Positions 38,701-51,818 of a stretch of 64,000 bases of DNA are shown piece by piece. A program made the translations under genes and the position numbers. This DNA comes from Pocillopora damicornis (taxonomy: Eukaryota): the NCBI RefSeq assembly GCF_003704095.1, contig NW_020843495.1:62001-126000 (forward strand), given 5' to 3'. Each line of letters opens with the position of its first letter. The stretch's first letter is position 1. Below the pieces are notes generated by a model. That model did no database searches. It saw only the letters and a list, made by a program, of their open reading frames with translations, and was not told the origin of the DNA.

Positions 38701-41700
38701 TTGACTGTCTTCTGCTACTTTTTGCTTCTCCATTGCCAACAATGCCCAAGAATCATGAACATTGTTTTTCTGTTCCACACAATTTCTTTCTTGAGCAGGA
38801 TCAAAGCAGGCAACCCTGAGCCTTGCTCACTCAAGTAGCCAATCAGAACACAGGATTTGCTTCATATTTCCCAAGGGTGCTGCCAGCTATATAATAAAAA
38901 TACTTATTGTCATTCTACATCTACAGTTTTTATATTTAACACCAAATATTCTCAACACGATGTAGATTAACTGGACCCAGATTCTACTCAAACAACTAGA
39001 AGATGCATGCATAAATTGTAAAAATTTAAGATTAACAGAGAGTGGAAAACACTGTATAGAATTGAAAACTAAAGATACAAATATGCAAGTTGGATGAAAA
39101 GAAATAAGGAAATGAGAAACTATTGTTGAAAAGTGACCCATCCCAGTCAACAGAAATAACTTTTTCAAAATCAAGACTATGTACTTATCACATAACCTTT
39201 TTATGCTCACTGAGTATCAACCAAATATTATAGGTTAATGATTAACTCATCATGTGATTTCTCCATGGGGTAGAGAGGAAATATACTATGGAACAGCACC
39301 TTTAGCATGCTATGGTGTATTTGAATATATAAATGGTATCTTACCCAGTACATTGAGTATCTTTTGTTGGTTTTAGTTGACATGCATCTGCTGAAATGCA
39401 TTTTTGCTTCTTATTATCTTCTACAGAATTGCATCTGATTCTGCTCTCCATGATAGTGTTGTCCGTGCAGAGGTGAAACCCAAAGGTAGGACTTCTATCA
39501 GCTTTACATTAAAGTGAGACTCAAACCTTACTGGTGCTCCTAAAAACTAACTTTTGTGTAGCAAAAAGGAAAGAAGTGGAAATCATTAATTAGTATTACT
39601 GAGAAAGGCATCAGTATCAACCCAGTAAACCCTAGCATTAGTTTCCATATTCTCCTTACTCTTTTCTGTACATTTCCTTTGGTACTGGCAAGGAGAATTT
39701 GTTTAACAATCAAAACTTCATAGGTGTAGTCATTATTTCCTCTGTTCCCATAATCTTAATGAATGATTCAGCAATATCACTGTAAGGAGAAGTTAGATGG
39801 TGATTTCTCTCAGGGGCCCAAAGGTTAATACCTGGACATAGGATTTTGTGTGCTTAGTTATCTTGTTATTTAGTGTGTAGTTATTTAGTTATGATTTTAC
39901 TCAACCTACTTGAAGCAGTCATAACCTTTCGATAAAATTTCTATCATCTATTTCTGTCAAATTATAGAAATTGTACCAAGAAGATATATTAAAAAATGCC
40001 TATATTCGTTGAAATTTTTTTTATATTTAACACATTTCAATTTGGGAGTGCAAAAATATGGATTGAGTAAACAAGCACTAAGGTTATTTGGAATGAAAAT
40101 TTATTTTGTTAACTGTCACAACATAAAAGGTACAAAAGATTTCACAAAAAGAATGATTTGAATTTGGGGCTTCATTTTAAGTTCCAGAATGAGTTTTTTT
40201 CCTTGTTATTTTTACAATTATTGTATAAGGTAACTTTGTAGATATAAGGTAAATTTGTAGTAAATAGTTTGTTAGTTTACACTGAGAACATTTTACATTT
40301 GGGTTTTCTCTATCCATTGACAATGAAAATTATCATTAGTACCACAGTAGTGTCCTCAATATTTTTTTCCGTGACTCAAACTTTGCTAAATGGTTTACGT
40401 GATTGATAAACAATTGAAAAAGTGGTATTTCTTCTTATCTCCAATATGGAAGTGGTCATAATGAAAAAATAGAATTTATTGCTTGGACTTGCAACCAACA
40501 GTTAAAATGGTGTTTCCAAATACAAAGGCTTGGAATAGTAGTCCAGAATAATGGCAACAAGTTTTTCTAAAGTAGATCATGTAACTACACATGGGAAGCT
40601 TTTTGAAGACAAGCCATTCTTGCTAAAACTTTTCTCTCTTCCCTGTGTCTCCTTTTAGTGCCAGTGGCCATTTATTATATTTTTATTTATTTTGTAAATT
40701 CCACCTCAGTAGTGATGTAGTAATGTTGTTTGATTACAATTTGACATTGGTCATCATGTTTATTTCCAACAAGACAACATTTAATTATTTTTTGTACCCC
40801 TGTTTATTTAGAAAAAACATTGCCATCCCATGAAAGAAAGGTGAGTGTAGAATTAGTACATATTCACAGAGTATCTATTGTCTTTTATAAGGTGAAAAAG
40901 AAAAAACTCTGCTTTTGCATTCAGTGAAACTTAAGCATTAGTAAAATTGTTACTGAAATGTAAAGAAAGATTTCAAGATAACTCTGTCTTCTTTTTGGCA
41001 ATAAATTTATTTTAAAAAAACTTTTTTGTAACAAACTTATTTAATTTTTCAAATGTTTGAAGTCAAATCTATGTCTGTAGGTTTTTTTGAGGATATAATG
41101 AGCATGGACTGTTTAGAGTTTGGTTACTCATTAATTTCACGGTATTCTACTTTGCTCTCTGTTAATGTTCCTGTTTGTAAACTTAAAAAGATTATAAATG
41201 CACTTTTCAAGTTTTTTTTTTCAAATTGTACTAAGATTATCTAAATGTAAATCAGGAAAAGATGGAGTTGAAATTTCTACTAAAACTGAAAGGAAAAATT
41301 CACTTCTCTATGTTTTCTTTACTCTGAAAATTTGTAATAATGATATCTTTTTAATTTAATCAGAGGTACTTGTGTCCTTTCTTTTGTCCTGAACCGATAT
41401 AACAAAAAAAAACCCACTGACAGTTACTTTTCTTTTGCAGGTTCGCAGTCCATCTAGACCAAAGTCTTGTGAAGTGCCTGGAATGTAAGATTTCAATTTT
41501 TTCCTTCCTTTGGAGTGTATTGATCTTATATTGATAATCTACAATATTTATGTGTATTGTGCTTAGTAACTAAAATGTGTAGTTATTGTAGGATTGCAGA
41601 GGAAAATTTCAATAATAATAATAATTAGTAATTGTAAGTAGACAAAGAGGTTAAAAATCCAAATTAGCGGAAGGCAGACCATTTTGCCAGAGCCAAACCA

Positions 41701-43349
41701 TTTGGCCAAATACAAAGTGCAGCCAAGGAGTTGATCTCTGGATAACCAAGAACAATTGGAGTGAGGAGCAGGATGAAGGGCTTAAACCTAGGCCCACCAG
41801 ATAACAAGTCAAGAACTCTAACCACTTGGCAGGTTGCCTCCTCTAATTCCCTGACCCAGGATGTCATTGTCAGAAATGATCACATAATGGAGCTGATTTA
41901 CTTGCTAGACAGAGCAACAACTTTCCAATCCTTCTATTTTCCAGTTTAGTGGGGTTTTCAACTCTCCTGTTATCTTGCTTTTTTTAATGGTTGAAAGTTT
42001 TGTCACTAAAGAGCTTTTGCATTGTTAGAGGCTGATAAACCACTTCTGGTGTGTTAGAACTTCTTTCTTTGACAAAGCCACTTTCTCAACTATCCTTAGA
42101 TAATTTTGAACCCAAATTAAAAATGCAGTGAGGCAAAGTGATGTCTGGGTGTTTTGTTTTGGCATTAGGTAACAGCTTCAAGTGATTCTTTAAAATTTGT
42201 TAAATTGTACTTAAGAAATGTATTGATTCAGTCAAAATGTATAGAAAGGGAAACTGATATTATAATATAATATAATTCTTGGTTTAAAATATTGCCTTGT
42301 CCCAAACACTAATGACTATTTTTGTCAAGAATATGGCAATGTTTTAAAATTTTATGTGTAATCTTTTGTTTAATTGCTATTTGACTGAAGTTTCACTTCT
42401 TCTTCATATTTTGATTACTAGGACTTTCCCAGCAGAACATGTATCACAGACAGGCCCCAACTTACCAATAGCCACTGCCAGTACAGGTGGTTCTCTTCCA
42501 GATCTCACAAACCTGAATATTATTCCCTCTCCACTGATAACACCCCTTGACAATGATGAACATGTGAATCAAGCCTTGTCTTCAACCCAGCTTCAAATGT
42601 CACAAAGACAGAGTCCTGTTCGACGGCCAGTAGCAAATCAGCAGCAAATGAGGAAACCACAATACACAGACCAAATACCATTAATGGATGCCAATCTACG
42701 GCCTCTTGAAAGCAGGTTGCAACAATTCCAGTTTTATCCTCAGAATAACGATTTCGGTTCACATGGAGGCTCAGCAACTACTACAAGTGCTTCACCAACA
42801 CTTTCCCCTACATCATCAGCACCTATGACTCCACTCTTTGGTAGCCTTCCCACTAGTCCACTGTCTTCATTTAATCCTGAGCTCTACTTTAAACAGCAAC
42901 AACAGCAGCAATCAAATACACAAGCTTTACAACAACAACAACTAGAACAATTTTCTATGCATCGCCCAGTGGCAGTAGGAGGGATGTTGAATTCTTCAAT
43001 GCAACTGCCCTTCCAAACTTTGTTGGCACAAACACCAACTACTATTCCAGGTCAGGGAATGCCTAGCTTAGCACATTTTTATGGTCCAGGCCATGCAAGG
43101 GTACCAGATTTAATTGTGACTGGTTCAGATGATGACGGAGTCAAATCAGACTTTGCAAAAGATCTTAGTACAGCCATGGGCCATATTGGTGGTGATGATT
43201 CTGGCGATATGTATGCCCCTGATGATCCATTACAAAAAGTTGTGCTTGATCCATTGGACATGGAAGGCTTTCAAATGTTGTCTGGCCAGGATTCAGAGCT
43301 CACTGATGCTGCAACTGAAGATCAGTTTCGTCTGGACCGCCTTGGGTAG
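35702..43349 (+). CDS. CRTC: CREB-regulated transcription coactivator (TORC/CRTC), ~496 aa
   Basis: Exons 35702-35809, 35917-36021, 36138-36266, 36596-36684, 39427-39485, 40812-40840, 41441-41484, 42422-43349. [81 protein letters not shown]. Confidence 0.95.
36267..36595 (+). other. U12-type (minor spliceosome) AT-AC intron in CRTC
   Basis: 5' site ATATCCTT at 36267, branch CCTTAAC 36580-36586, terminal AC 36594-36595; removal joins ...NRFRG to IDTSPY...LSPP in phase. Confidence 0.9.
38420..38885. repeat. Interspersed repeat, inverted copy at ~52855-53250
   Basis: gaggtcaagatggctg...aacaagcttggtca...gtagccaatcagaa is the reverse complement of blocks at 52860-53243. Confidence 0.7.
39618..39827. 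mobile_element. piggyBac-like MITE, family B copy 2
   Basis: Matches 32196-32400; ends aaaggttaa. Confidence 0.7.
41700..41841 (-). mobile_element. tRNA-derived SINE (degenerate)
   Basis: Minus strand ggaggcaacctgccaagtggttagag...ggtttaagccc resembles a tRNA head with A and B boxes. Confidence 0.6.
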
Positions 43350-46300
43350 GTTGAAAGTATTTTTGAGTCTTTCACTTGCAAGATCTCTTTTACAATTCTC
43401 CATGCTGTCTGTCATACACTGCTTATGATTTTCATTCGGAGAATTTAATATTGGCTTCAATGATAGTCTTTTGATTGAGACTTTTCTTTATCTCATCAGT
43501 TGTCTCCCTGATATTATCCTAAAGTTGTAAAGAGAAAGTATGTCTTGGATACTGTTGGGAGTAAAAGAGTTAAGCCCTTCACCTCAGTGTTCAAATATAC
43601 TTCTCTCAGAATCCACATCAAAATAGTCCCTCTTTCTCTGGAATCCTTGGGAAAATGCCTTCTGCCTTTTTTCCTGAAAATGTTTGCATGTTGTAGGAGT
43701 GAATTGATAATTGACAGTTTCACACTGCATCTCCTCAGTCATGTGTTAAATTGATATGTCATCTCATTGCAGAGCTACAAGATTACATTAACAATGGAAA
43801 AAATACTTCTTAAAGAAAGATGCTGTATGTTTGCCTTGAATCAGCAAGGAAGATAATAGTCAGAGTGCTTCACATTTCCATGTGGAATTGCTGTAGTAAT
43901 GTCATTATTGTGGTGACCTGTTTTTATCCTGCGGGTAACTTATTTTTTAATGTACATGTATATCAATTAATCAATGAAAATGCCATGCTATGTAAAGTTA
44001 AATAAGTTCTAACTAGTATTTTATTCAGGGTTAAAAGTAAAAAGCAATAAGATGGTCCTAACCAAAACACAACCCTTTTGTATTCATAATTGTTAACATA
44101 TGTGTATCATAGAGCAAATGGAGTTATGTATTCCAAAGGAGTTCTTTCTTCTGCCACAGAACAACTGCCTATCTGCAGCATCTGTACATGCATTATGTAA
44201 CAATGTATAATTTATATGTGGGAATGCTAACAGTTTCACTGTAAAGATTTATTTTAACCAGAGACATTATAACAAACATGTTTCCAAAAAAGTCATTCTT
44301 GTTAACTGGTACTCCAAGGAAAAGCTAATCAGTTAAGATAATGGAAAAGTAACACCTAGTCCAAGTCAACATGTTAACCCTTTGTTCACCTACTGCTGGA
44401 ATTGGCAGCTTGGCTGTGGTTTTCAGACAGTCTGCGCATTTGAAGATAGGCAATGGAAATACCAAATGAGCTTTTTCATGTGTAAAAAATGACTGATGTC
44501 AGTAACATGGAGGGTACGTGTACATCTCAGATACCCATAGGGGGCTTGAAATCTCTGTCCATAGTTTGGATTGATATATTATAAATTGCAATTTTGCTTC
44601 AAATTTTCCTGGGCATTTTGGCAGTCGAGAATACATGAAACTTGGTTACCTTTTCATTTTGTAAAATATCAGTGTGTGGACTTTGTGTTTTACATATCAG
44701 ATGGTATTAAAGAATTCATGAACACCAAATTATCATTTCTTTCAATGCTAATAGAGTACTCATTTGTCCATTACTCTCACTTGAGTTGGTTAAAAATGAT
44801 ACCCAAAAAAAATGTCTTTGACCAAATTACCATCTAATGAGTTAGCTACTCATGAGAAATAGTATATTTTAAACTTGATTGCAGAACAAAGAAGGTGCTA
44901 TTCATTTCAGCAAACAATAACTTTCTCAAGCCTCAAATGGTGTGCTTATGATTAACATGTGTGAAATTTTCAGATTATTTAGTGCTGATGGTGGACTGAA
45001 CGTGGATGTCTGAGAAGAGTTCGATTGTCACTAATTAGTATTTTGCAAATGTTTCACGGTTCTTGCTTAAAAGATAGTGTGGTTATTTTGTGATCATTTG
45101 GTGATTTTCATAGTTAAAGATGCTAGTTCATTTTTTGCATGAAGTATTTGCTAGAAGGGGTCGTAGATACTAAGTACAGGAATGTGAAAAAGAAAGAGTA
45201 AGACTCGTAACTAATAAGTAATGCAGGTATAATGCTTTTCCCATCCCATTTCATTGTGATACGTTTATAATTATTCTGGCACATCCTGACATTGCTGTGT
45301 TTTATCTGACATAAGAGATTAGTCATTATTAGGTACTTTTCCACCATTTACTGATGGTGAAGTAGAAGTCCTGGCTTGTCACGCCTAACCCAAACCATTC
45401 AATTTGTCACAGTTTCCTGTGTATAGTGAGGGATACCACCATAAAAAGCCTTTGACTCGGCTTGTAAATAATGTACATTTCTGTATCCATCAAATATTGG
45501 CTAAATAGTTGAAAATATATTAGTTTCATATATGAAAGACCACGGGAAATTATCATTGTCACATGAAACAGTTCGGTTTGTGGCTAGTTGAGATACGCAT
45601 GTTAACCATTTGAAGCCATGTCCCCAGCGTAACAGATCTGACATGGTTTTAGGTGGTGTGGTGGATACCTCCCTATTCTGAATATTATTTTAACGTTATT
45701 TTTGTGATAAAAATCCAGTAATAACTTAAGTCAGTTAGGCAAAGCTAGGCTTTCTTACGTACTAAGTGAGCAGATCTAAGAGAAGTGAAGTATTTAAACA
45801 GTAGGACACATACTTAACTGATATCGAATTTGTCCTGGAGTAACATTAAAAAGTCACAATTTAGTGCTCGATTTCTTGGATTTCTTTTCCTAAAGGTCAT
45901 GTATAAAGTGATATGAGTGAAAATAATTTTTCATCTCGCGCTTTCTTTTCTTCGACAGCTCGCGATTTTTTTAGATTCCCTTCCAACCCAAAACAGTGTA
46001 ACAATTCTACTTGACCAGTGGGCGTTTCACAGAAGGGGTGACTAGTGAGGAGATAAATGTCGTTAAAGACACGCAACATGTGACGCATGTTTGTGAACAA
46101 ATTTTTAGTTTTTCCTTACACGAGTCATTACATTTACGTGTTAAATTTGAAAGGAAACCTTTCACTTTGTTTTCCATCAATTCGCCTACATCAACGTGTT
46201 AGTTTTAATCGTTAAGCACGATATGCTGGAAGTTGTATCAAGCCTTCAATAGGACATATCTCTAATTTAATTACATCTGCTTTGAAATCGAAAGCGATCT

Positions 46301-47189
46301 TTGGTTTTTGATTGGCTCTCAGAGCAATTATCAATTGAGTGTCGAAAGAAGTCTAGGATTGCGTTAATTTTGCTTAACTTCGTCCTGTAATTTGTCCAGA
46401 AAACACGCGCCATTCTCAGCCAATTAGAAAACGAACAAGAGAGACCACTTAGAGCAAATTTTTAAAGTATTTGTCGCATATGAGAGCACCTGTCCATACG
46501 TCAATGGTGCCTGACCTACTTCCCACTCCCCCCATCCTAGACCATTGGGAACTTTTCTCTGCGGCTTATGTAGGTTGTACATTCAAGTTGTGCATCGTGG
46601 CACATGGCGCATGGGTACTTTTCACTTCAACCTTGGGGAAGAGGGATCGCCGAGTAAGTTATACATAAGTTTCTCTCTCATTTAATGGTGCCTGCATTCA
46701 TCAACATTACGAGAGCAAGTAAGGGGTTTGTAGTTTTTGAACAGTTTTTAAAGGTTTTTGACTTGTTATCTAATGTAACTGTGGCATTAAATTATTAAAA
46801 TCATTGCATTCATTCCTTTTGTTTGTCTATATATTTTTTTTTGGCCTGAATTTTATTTCGCCAACGTAACATTTATTGTTCTTAAAAAGAGGCGTTTACC
46901 AGAGATATGGGGGTAGGGTTATTTTTAGGGAAAGACTTGTGGTTCGAACGCACCTCTGACATTTTCGCCTCGATCATTGTGAGAAATTTCCGACAGATAG
47001 GTACAGTTTATCTTGTATTTTTCCTTTAATGAAGTCACTTTGTTTTAACAAACACGATTGCTCCGTAAAAAAGTTGTATTTATGAAGCCATTAGGAAGAC
47101 CTGATGGAAAATAAAAGATGTCCGGCCGGCGTGTTAAATCGCTAGCTAAGTGAATTCAAATAACAACACTCTTAATTCCTTTTAAAATA

Positions 47190-47828
47190 TTTTCCTCAGA
47201 CGGTGTCGTAACAGCGGAGGTCAAAGGAAGTAGAGCATTAAATTTTAAGAAGTGATTATGGTAAGGTGGTAAACATTCTTGTTTGCTCGGATGGTTTTGT
47301 GATAATAAAAGATAAATTCAACGATTAGACGCCACTAATCAAGTTCAATCAGCATATTCATTTTATAAACTTCACAAAATCGTATTTTTCCTAACACATA
47401 GCGTTTGAAACGAACTGCAAACAAGAGCTGGTAACGAAGAGTCTGAATGGCCTCCTAGTTTAGCGATGCACAGAATAAGTTATTACTGAGGCTGGAAGTT
47501 GAATTAAAAGTCTTAAACAATGTTTTCCTCAGATAGTGTCATAACAAAAAAGGTAAAAGGTAGCAGTGCATTGAAATAGAGTAAAGAAGGTGAATATTCT
47601 TGTTTGCTCCTATGTTGTAGTAAAAATAAAAGATGAATTCAATGATTAGAGGTCATCAATCAAGTCCAGCTAGCACATTCATTTCATAACCTTTTCAGAA
47701 AATCATATTTTCCTATCCTGGAGTGTTTGAAACGGACTGCCACAAAAGCTGGTAACGAGAAGTCTGAATGACCTCTCAGCTTCGCAGTGCACAGAGTAGG
47801 TTTTTACTAAGGTAGAAAATTAATCAAG
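47190..47828. repeat. Diverged two-copy ~330 bp tandem duplication
   Basis: Units ~47190-47522 and ~47523-47828 share ttttcctcaga, attcttgtttgctc, aataaaagat.aattcaa.gattaga, agctggtaacga, agtctgaatg, tgcacaga. Confidence 0.85.
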
Positions 47829-48694
47829 ACAAGAAAAGGGTTGTAAATTTGACCTAGACGGTCTTAAATTATTTCAAGGCCGGGAAACGGTGAGAGCCAA
47901 TGCAACTGAACAAATATAATTTTTTTATGTCATTTATTCTTAAAAAAAAGCTTCTTTCTTATTCCAAGTTAATATTGATTTACATCAAACACGGTAAGTA
48001 AGCTCTGGTTTGCTCTAAAGAATTTCAAAACAGAGTGAAAAACATACACTCCAAAATCACTTAGCAATCCAAAATACTACTCATTATTCCCTTAGGCTGT
48101 TCTTTAAATAATTGCAGTTAACAGTCTGTCCACCGGAGGAGAGGGCAGGCGTGACACATGCCATCTCACCGATTTCACAAACTTTCACAGTTTATGAGGG
48201 TCAGTAAGTTATTCAAGAATCCAGAGTGGTTCGGGTTCGCGAGTAATCCCAGGGGTATTAAAGCCCCCACATCAATTCCCTGAGATAAAAGGCTAAGATT
48301 AGCTCGAAAAATGCACTTCCAACGAATCTCTCTTTCACGAACAGAAGGCGATGGATTTCAATCTTATTGAGTCCAATGGATGTTTGAACCTTAAGAAAAC
48401 AATTCCTTAATACATAAATTAATAAACTGATGTTTATTCACTCAATTTCAATTTGAGAATGGGATCGCCGACGTTAGCTTTTGTGGCATTAATGTCTAAA
48501 AACAACAGATGTATAGCTGCCGAGCTAAGGGGTCACTTATCATAGAAATCTGTGACGCTGACACAATCTATTGGAAAACAGAAACAGCATAAACGCCCCT
48601 TTTACTCACGCTGAAGTTAATTATTCCATAGATTATTCACTGAAGAAGAAGATTATCTTACAATCGCATTTACAATTATTTTTGTACCGGTGAT

Positions 48695-49520
48695 AAATTT
48701 CTAGTTCTCTTCCTTATTTGAAATCTCTTCTCCATCGTATCTCCACTGTTGACGTAGTGATCGTATATTCATCCTCCAAGGAGGCACTTACTGACTCCAT
48801 TCAGGAGATCGGCCTTATGAAGGGCTGATAACCTACTGAAATATCTAGCAATTTGAACGACTGAAAGTCATTCCTCCTTGGTGAACAGTTTGTCTCCATT
48901 TGCTTATCTTAGACGCTTCATTTTAGCTTCAACATCAGAATATCTGACATGGTTTGATGCTACTCTGGTTTATAGATTTAATGAATGTAACCGAAGAAGT
49001 TACAATTCATAGACCCAACGTTTCGATACTCCTGTCTAGTGCCTTCATCAGATAATCTATCGATAATCTTCTTCATCACCTCTTATGAGGGCACTAGACA
49101 GTCGAAACGTTGGGTCTATGAATTAACTTCTTCGGTTACATTCATTAAATCTGTAAACCAGAGTAGCATCAAACCATGTCTGATTGTCCACCTGGTTGCC
49201 GTGTGAACTTTTATATATTTTATCAGAATATCTCTTGCAAAAATGACCACACTCGTTGGCTTCTTCTCCTTCTTCAAAGCTCAACCCCCTCTAAAGATGG
49301 ACTGTTGGCTGTTGCTACAGTCGATTCTGTTGTTGTAAGAGATATTATTACGTTGTTGACAGAGAACCACCAACGGTTGCACCTTGCACATAATTTTTAC
49401 AGGTTTCTTCCCACCTTGCAAGGTTAAGTGAAGTCCATCATCGAGATGTTTCTCAAGACTCTTCAATTCCTGGTAAATTTTCACGCACCTTGCGCAGAAC
49501 CGTAATTCTTAAGCTTTCTC
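48695..49520 (-). pseudogene. Decayed transposase-like C-terminal region, interrupted by a Penelope-like insertion
   Basis: Minus strand CVKIYQELKSLEKHLDDGLH (C2H2-like), G*ALKKEKKPT, and beyond the insertion SDVEAKMKRLR*ANGDKLFTKEE*LSVVQIARYFSRL, with stops and frameshifts. Confidence 0.65.
48946..49221. mobile_element. Penelope-like insertion: inverted pseudo-LTR with two hammerhead ribozyme cores and 12 bp TSD
   Basis: Inverted arms spanning 48946-49180; atcagaatatct duplicated at 48934-48945 and 49222-49233; cores CTGATGA..GAAACGTT (minus) and CTTATGA..GAAACGTT (plus). Confidence 0.8.
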
Positions 49521-49769
49521 AGACATAGGAACTTGCCCACATTGTACGCTTTTCCAAGCTCTCAGACTCAAAGGAAAAGTTGTTCAAGGCTTTAATGCCA
49601 GCCATGCTGTGCTTCTTTATATTTTGGAAAGAGTCTTGAATTTCTATGTCTGTGGCGTACCGCCCCTTCATCCCTCTCCTTTCTCTGGCGGCGTTGTTTT
49701 AGCCGTTTCCTTCTTTATGAATCGCCTCATGTGACTTCTAACTGAGAGTGGCTTGACGGCGATCGCAGA

Positions 49770-50045
49770 CATATTTGCTGGCTTGGGGATCGCTGAAGTC
49801 GTATTGTAAGATTCTGATTCGAGTAAGCTTACGAAGGCTTGGCATTGTCAAAAGGACACAAAAATTTGAGATTGAAATTGAGAACCTGGCCAACAACCAA
49901 GGGCTCATAATTATGAAATGGGCCATGAAATTCCCTTTATTTGATTACCGGGAAACATAGAGAAAATGGTTTGGGATAAAGGGAAAGCCATGGTACGTTT
50001 TTGTCGCGGTCAAAACGCACGCGGATGGTGAAGTTGAGGTAGAGT
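49770..50045 (+). pseudogene. Decayed DDE transposase core fragment (DWAMK-motif family, possibly Sola-type)
   Basis: Reads LANNQGLIIMKWAMKFPLFDYRET*RKWFGIKGKPWYVFVAV, matching a recalled DWAMKFLP..YRE.Q..WFGK.G..WH motif, with a stop and loss of the Asp. Confidence 0.6.
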
Positions 50046-50402
50046 TCTAAGTCCGAGATGATAATTCTAAAAATGCTGCAAAGAAAAGTTTAAAATACGT
50101 CGATGGACTAAAGATGATAAGTGCACATTACACAAGCTTAAAAGGACATGTAATAAAATAAAGCAGTGGTCATTATCTGGTGACACCATACATTGAACGA
50201 AAGGGATTAGCTGGAATAAGTCGAGAAGTAATCTTCACTCTTCCAAACTATTTGATCAGTGAAATTCCCAGGATTTTAAAAGTGAAAATATTTCAGAAAG
50301 TGTACAAACAAATACCGTCTAGCTTTGTATTTCCACTTAATTATCCTTTGATGAACCCTCCTGGCACAAGATAGCAAAACCTTTTCATGCTGTGTGATTT
50401 TA

Positions 50403-50633
<231 letters not shown>

Positions 50634-50706
50634 GCAAATGATGTTACTGGAATAGTCTGCCTTATTGCACTAGCAGACAATATCCGATAATCACCCGACT
50701 CGGGAA

Positions 50707-51728
50707 CTCGTTACTAGTGCTCCTCGGGCGTACCTCTAGCCGGTAGAATTTAGGCACTTTGCAGAAAAGTAAAGTGTGGAGCAAACGAATTTAACCCTAA
50801 TAAAAATTGGGCAAAGTCGACTAAGTATGTAAGCTTTACCTCTGGCCGGTAGTATATTCTAAGCCTCTTGAGATTCTACCGGCTAGAGGTACAAGACAAT
50901 AGAAATTTCATCTTGAGGATCTATCCCATCAGTAGCACTATGACAAGGGCATTGTAGTGGCGATACTATTCATGTCGAGAACGATTTCTTTATAATTAAT
51001 GATTAATCTTATAAATTGTCACACAATGTAGCGAAATACTAGACTGATCGTAACGCGAATAGGAAGATTTCGTGACATGATATTTCACAACGTTGTAAAC
51101 AAAGTTCAACACTGATTTGCATGCGTACAGTGAACTAAATAAGGGAAAGAAACGTGTAATTGTGAAATTGCAACTAAAATAGGGTATATTACAGTACTTT
51201 GAGATTGGGAATTTACTGAACTCGTGATTGTGGGAAAATTACTTTATTTCGCAACTAGAACTGTAAAACGAAGTAGCACTGAACTGTAAGGGCAGATTGG
51301 TTTTAGATCGTTAGAGTGTTAGTATGTTCAGATTGTCAGGAGTGATGGAAGAAAATAAACGCGTTTAGAAAACAAAGAAGTATACAGTCCTCTTGATTCC
51401 GCGACAATTCATAACTTTTGTTTACCTTAGCAAGCGTAGGTCTTATCGGCTACAGTGTTCAGCTAAAACTCTGTTGAACAAGAAACTTGAGATCGACAAG
51501 GGTGAAGGAAACAGCCAAACAAAATTTAGCGAAGTTTCCTTGATTTAAACTCAAGAATGTATTCTTCACGTATACAGCATGTTATAATGTTCATGTCTGG
51601 TTCAATCACGTCGTTTGACTATTGGTAAAAACTAGAATCGTCCGCCATGTTGGAATAGCTGACAATGTCCGCTAATCCTCGCTACTAGTACTCCTCGGGC
51701 GTACCTTTAGCCGGTAGGACTTAGGCAC
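50707..51728. repeat. Cluster of TACCTCTAGCCGGTAG motifs: 20 bp inverted pair plus 51 bp direct repeat
   Basis: Perfect IR 50730-50749 / 50873-50892, third copy 50837-50852; 50707-50757 repeated at 51678-51728. Confidence 0.8.
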
Positions 51729-51818
51729 AACTTTGGATCAGATGTCATTTCTGAGGTCATGTTCATTATCATCACACAAACACATCTCTTCGATACGCTG
51801 CGATTCATTAATTGAACT

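Noticed and set aside
42520-43428. Antisense and alternative-frame ORFs over the last CRTC exon
   Set aside because: Shadows of the real coding frame.
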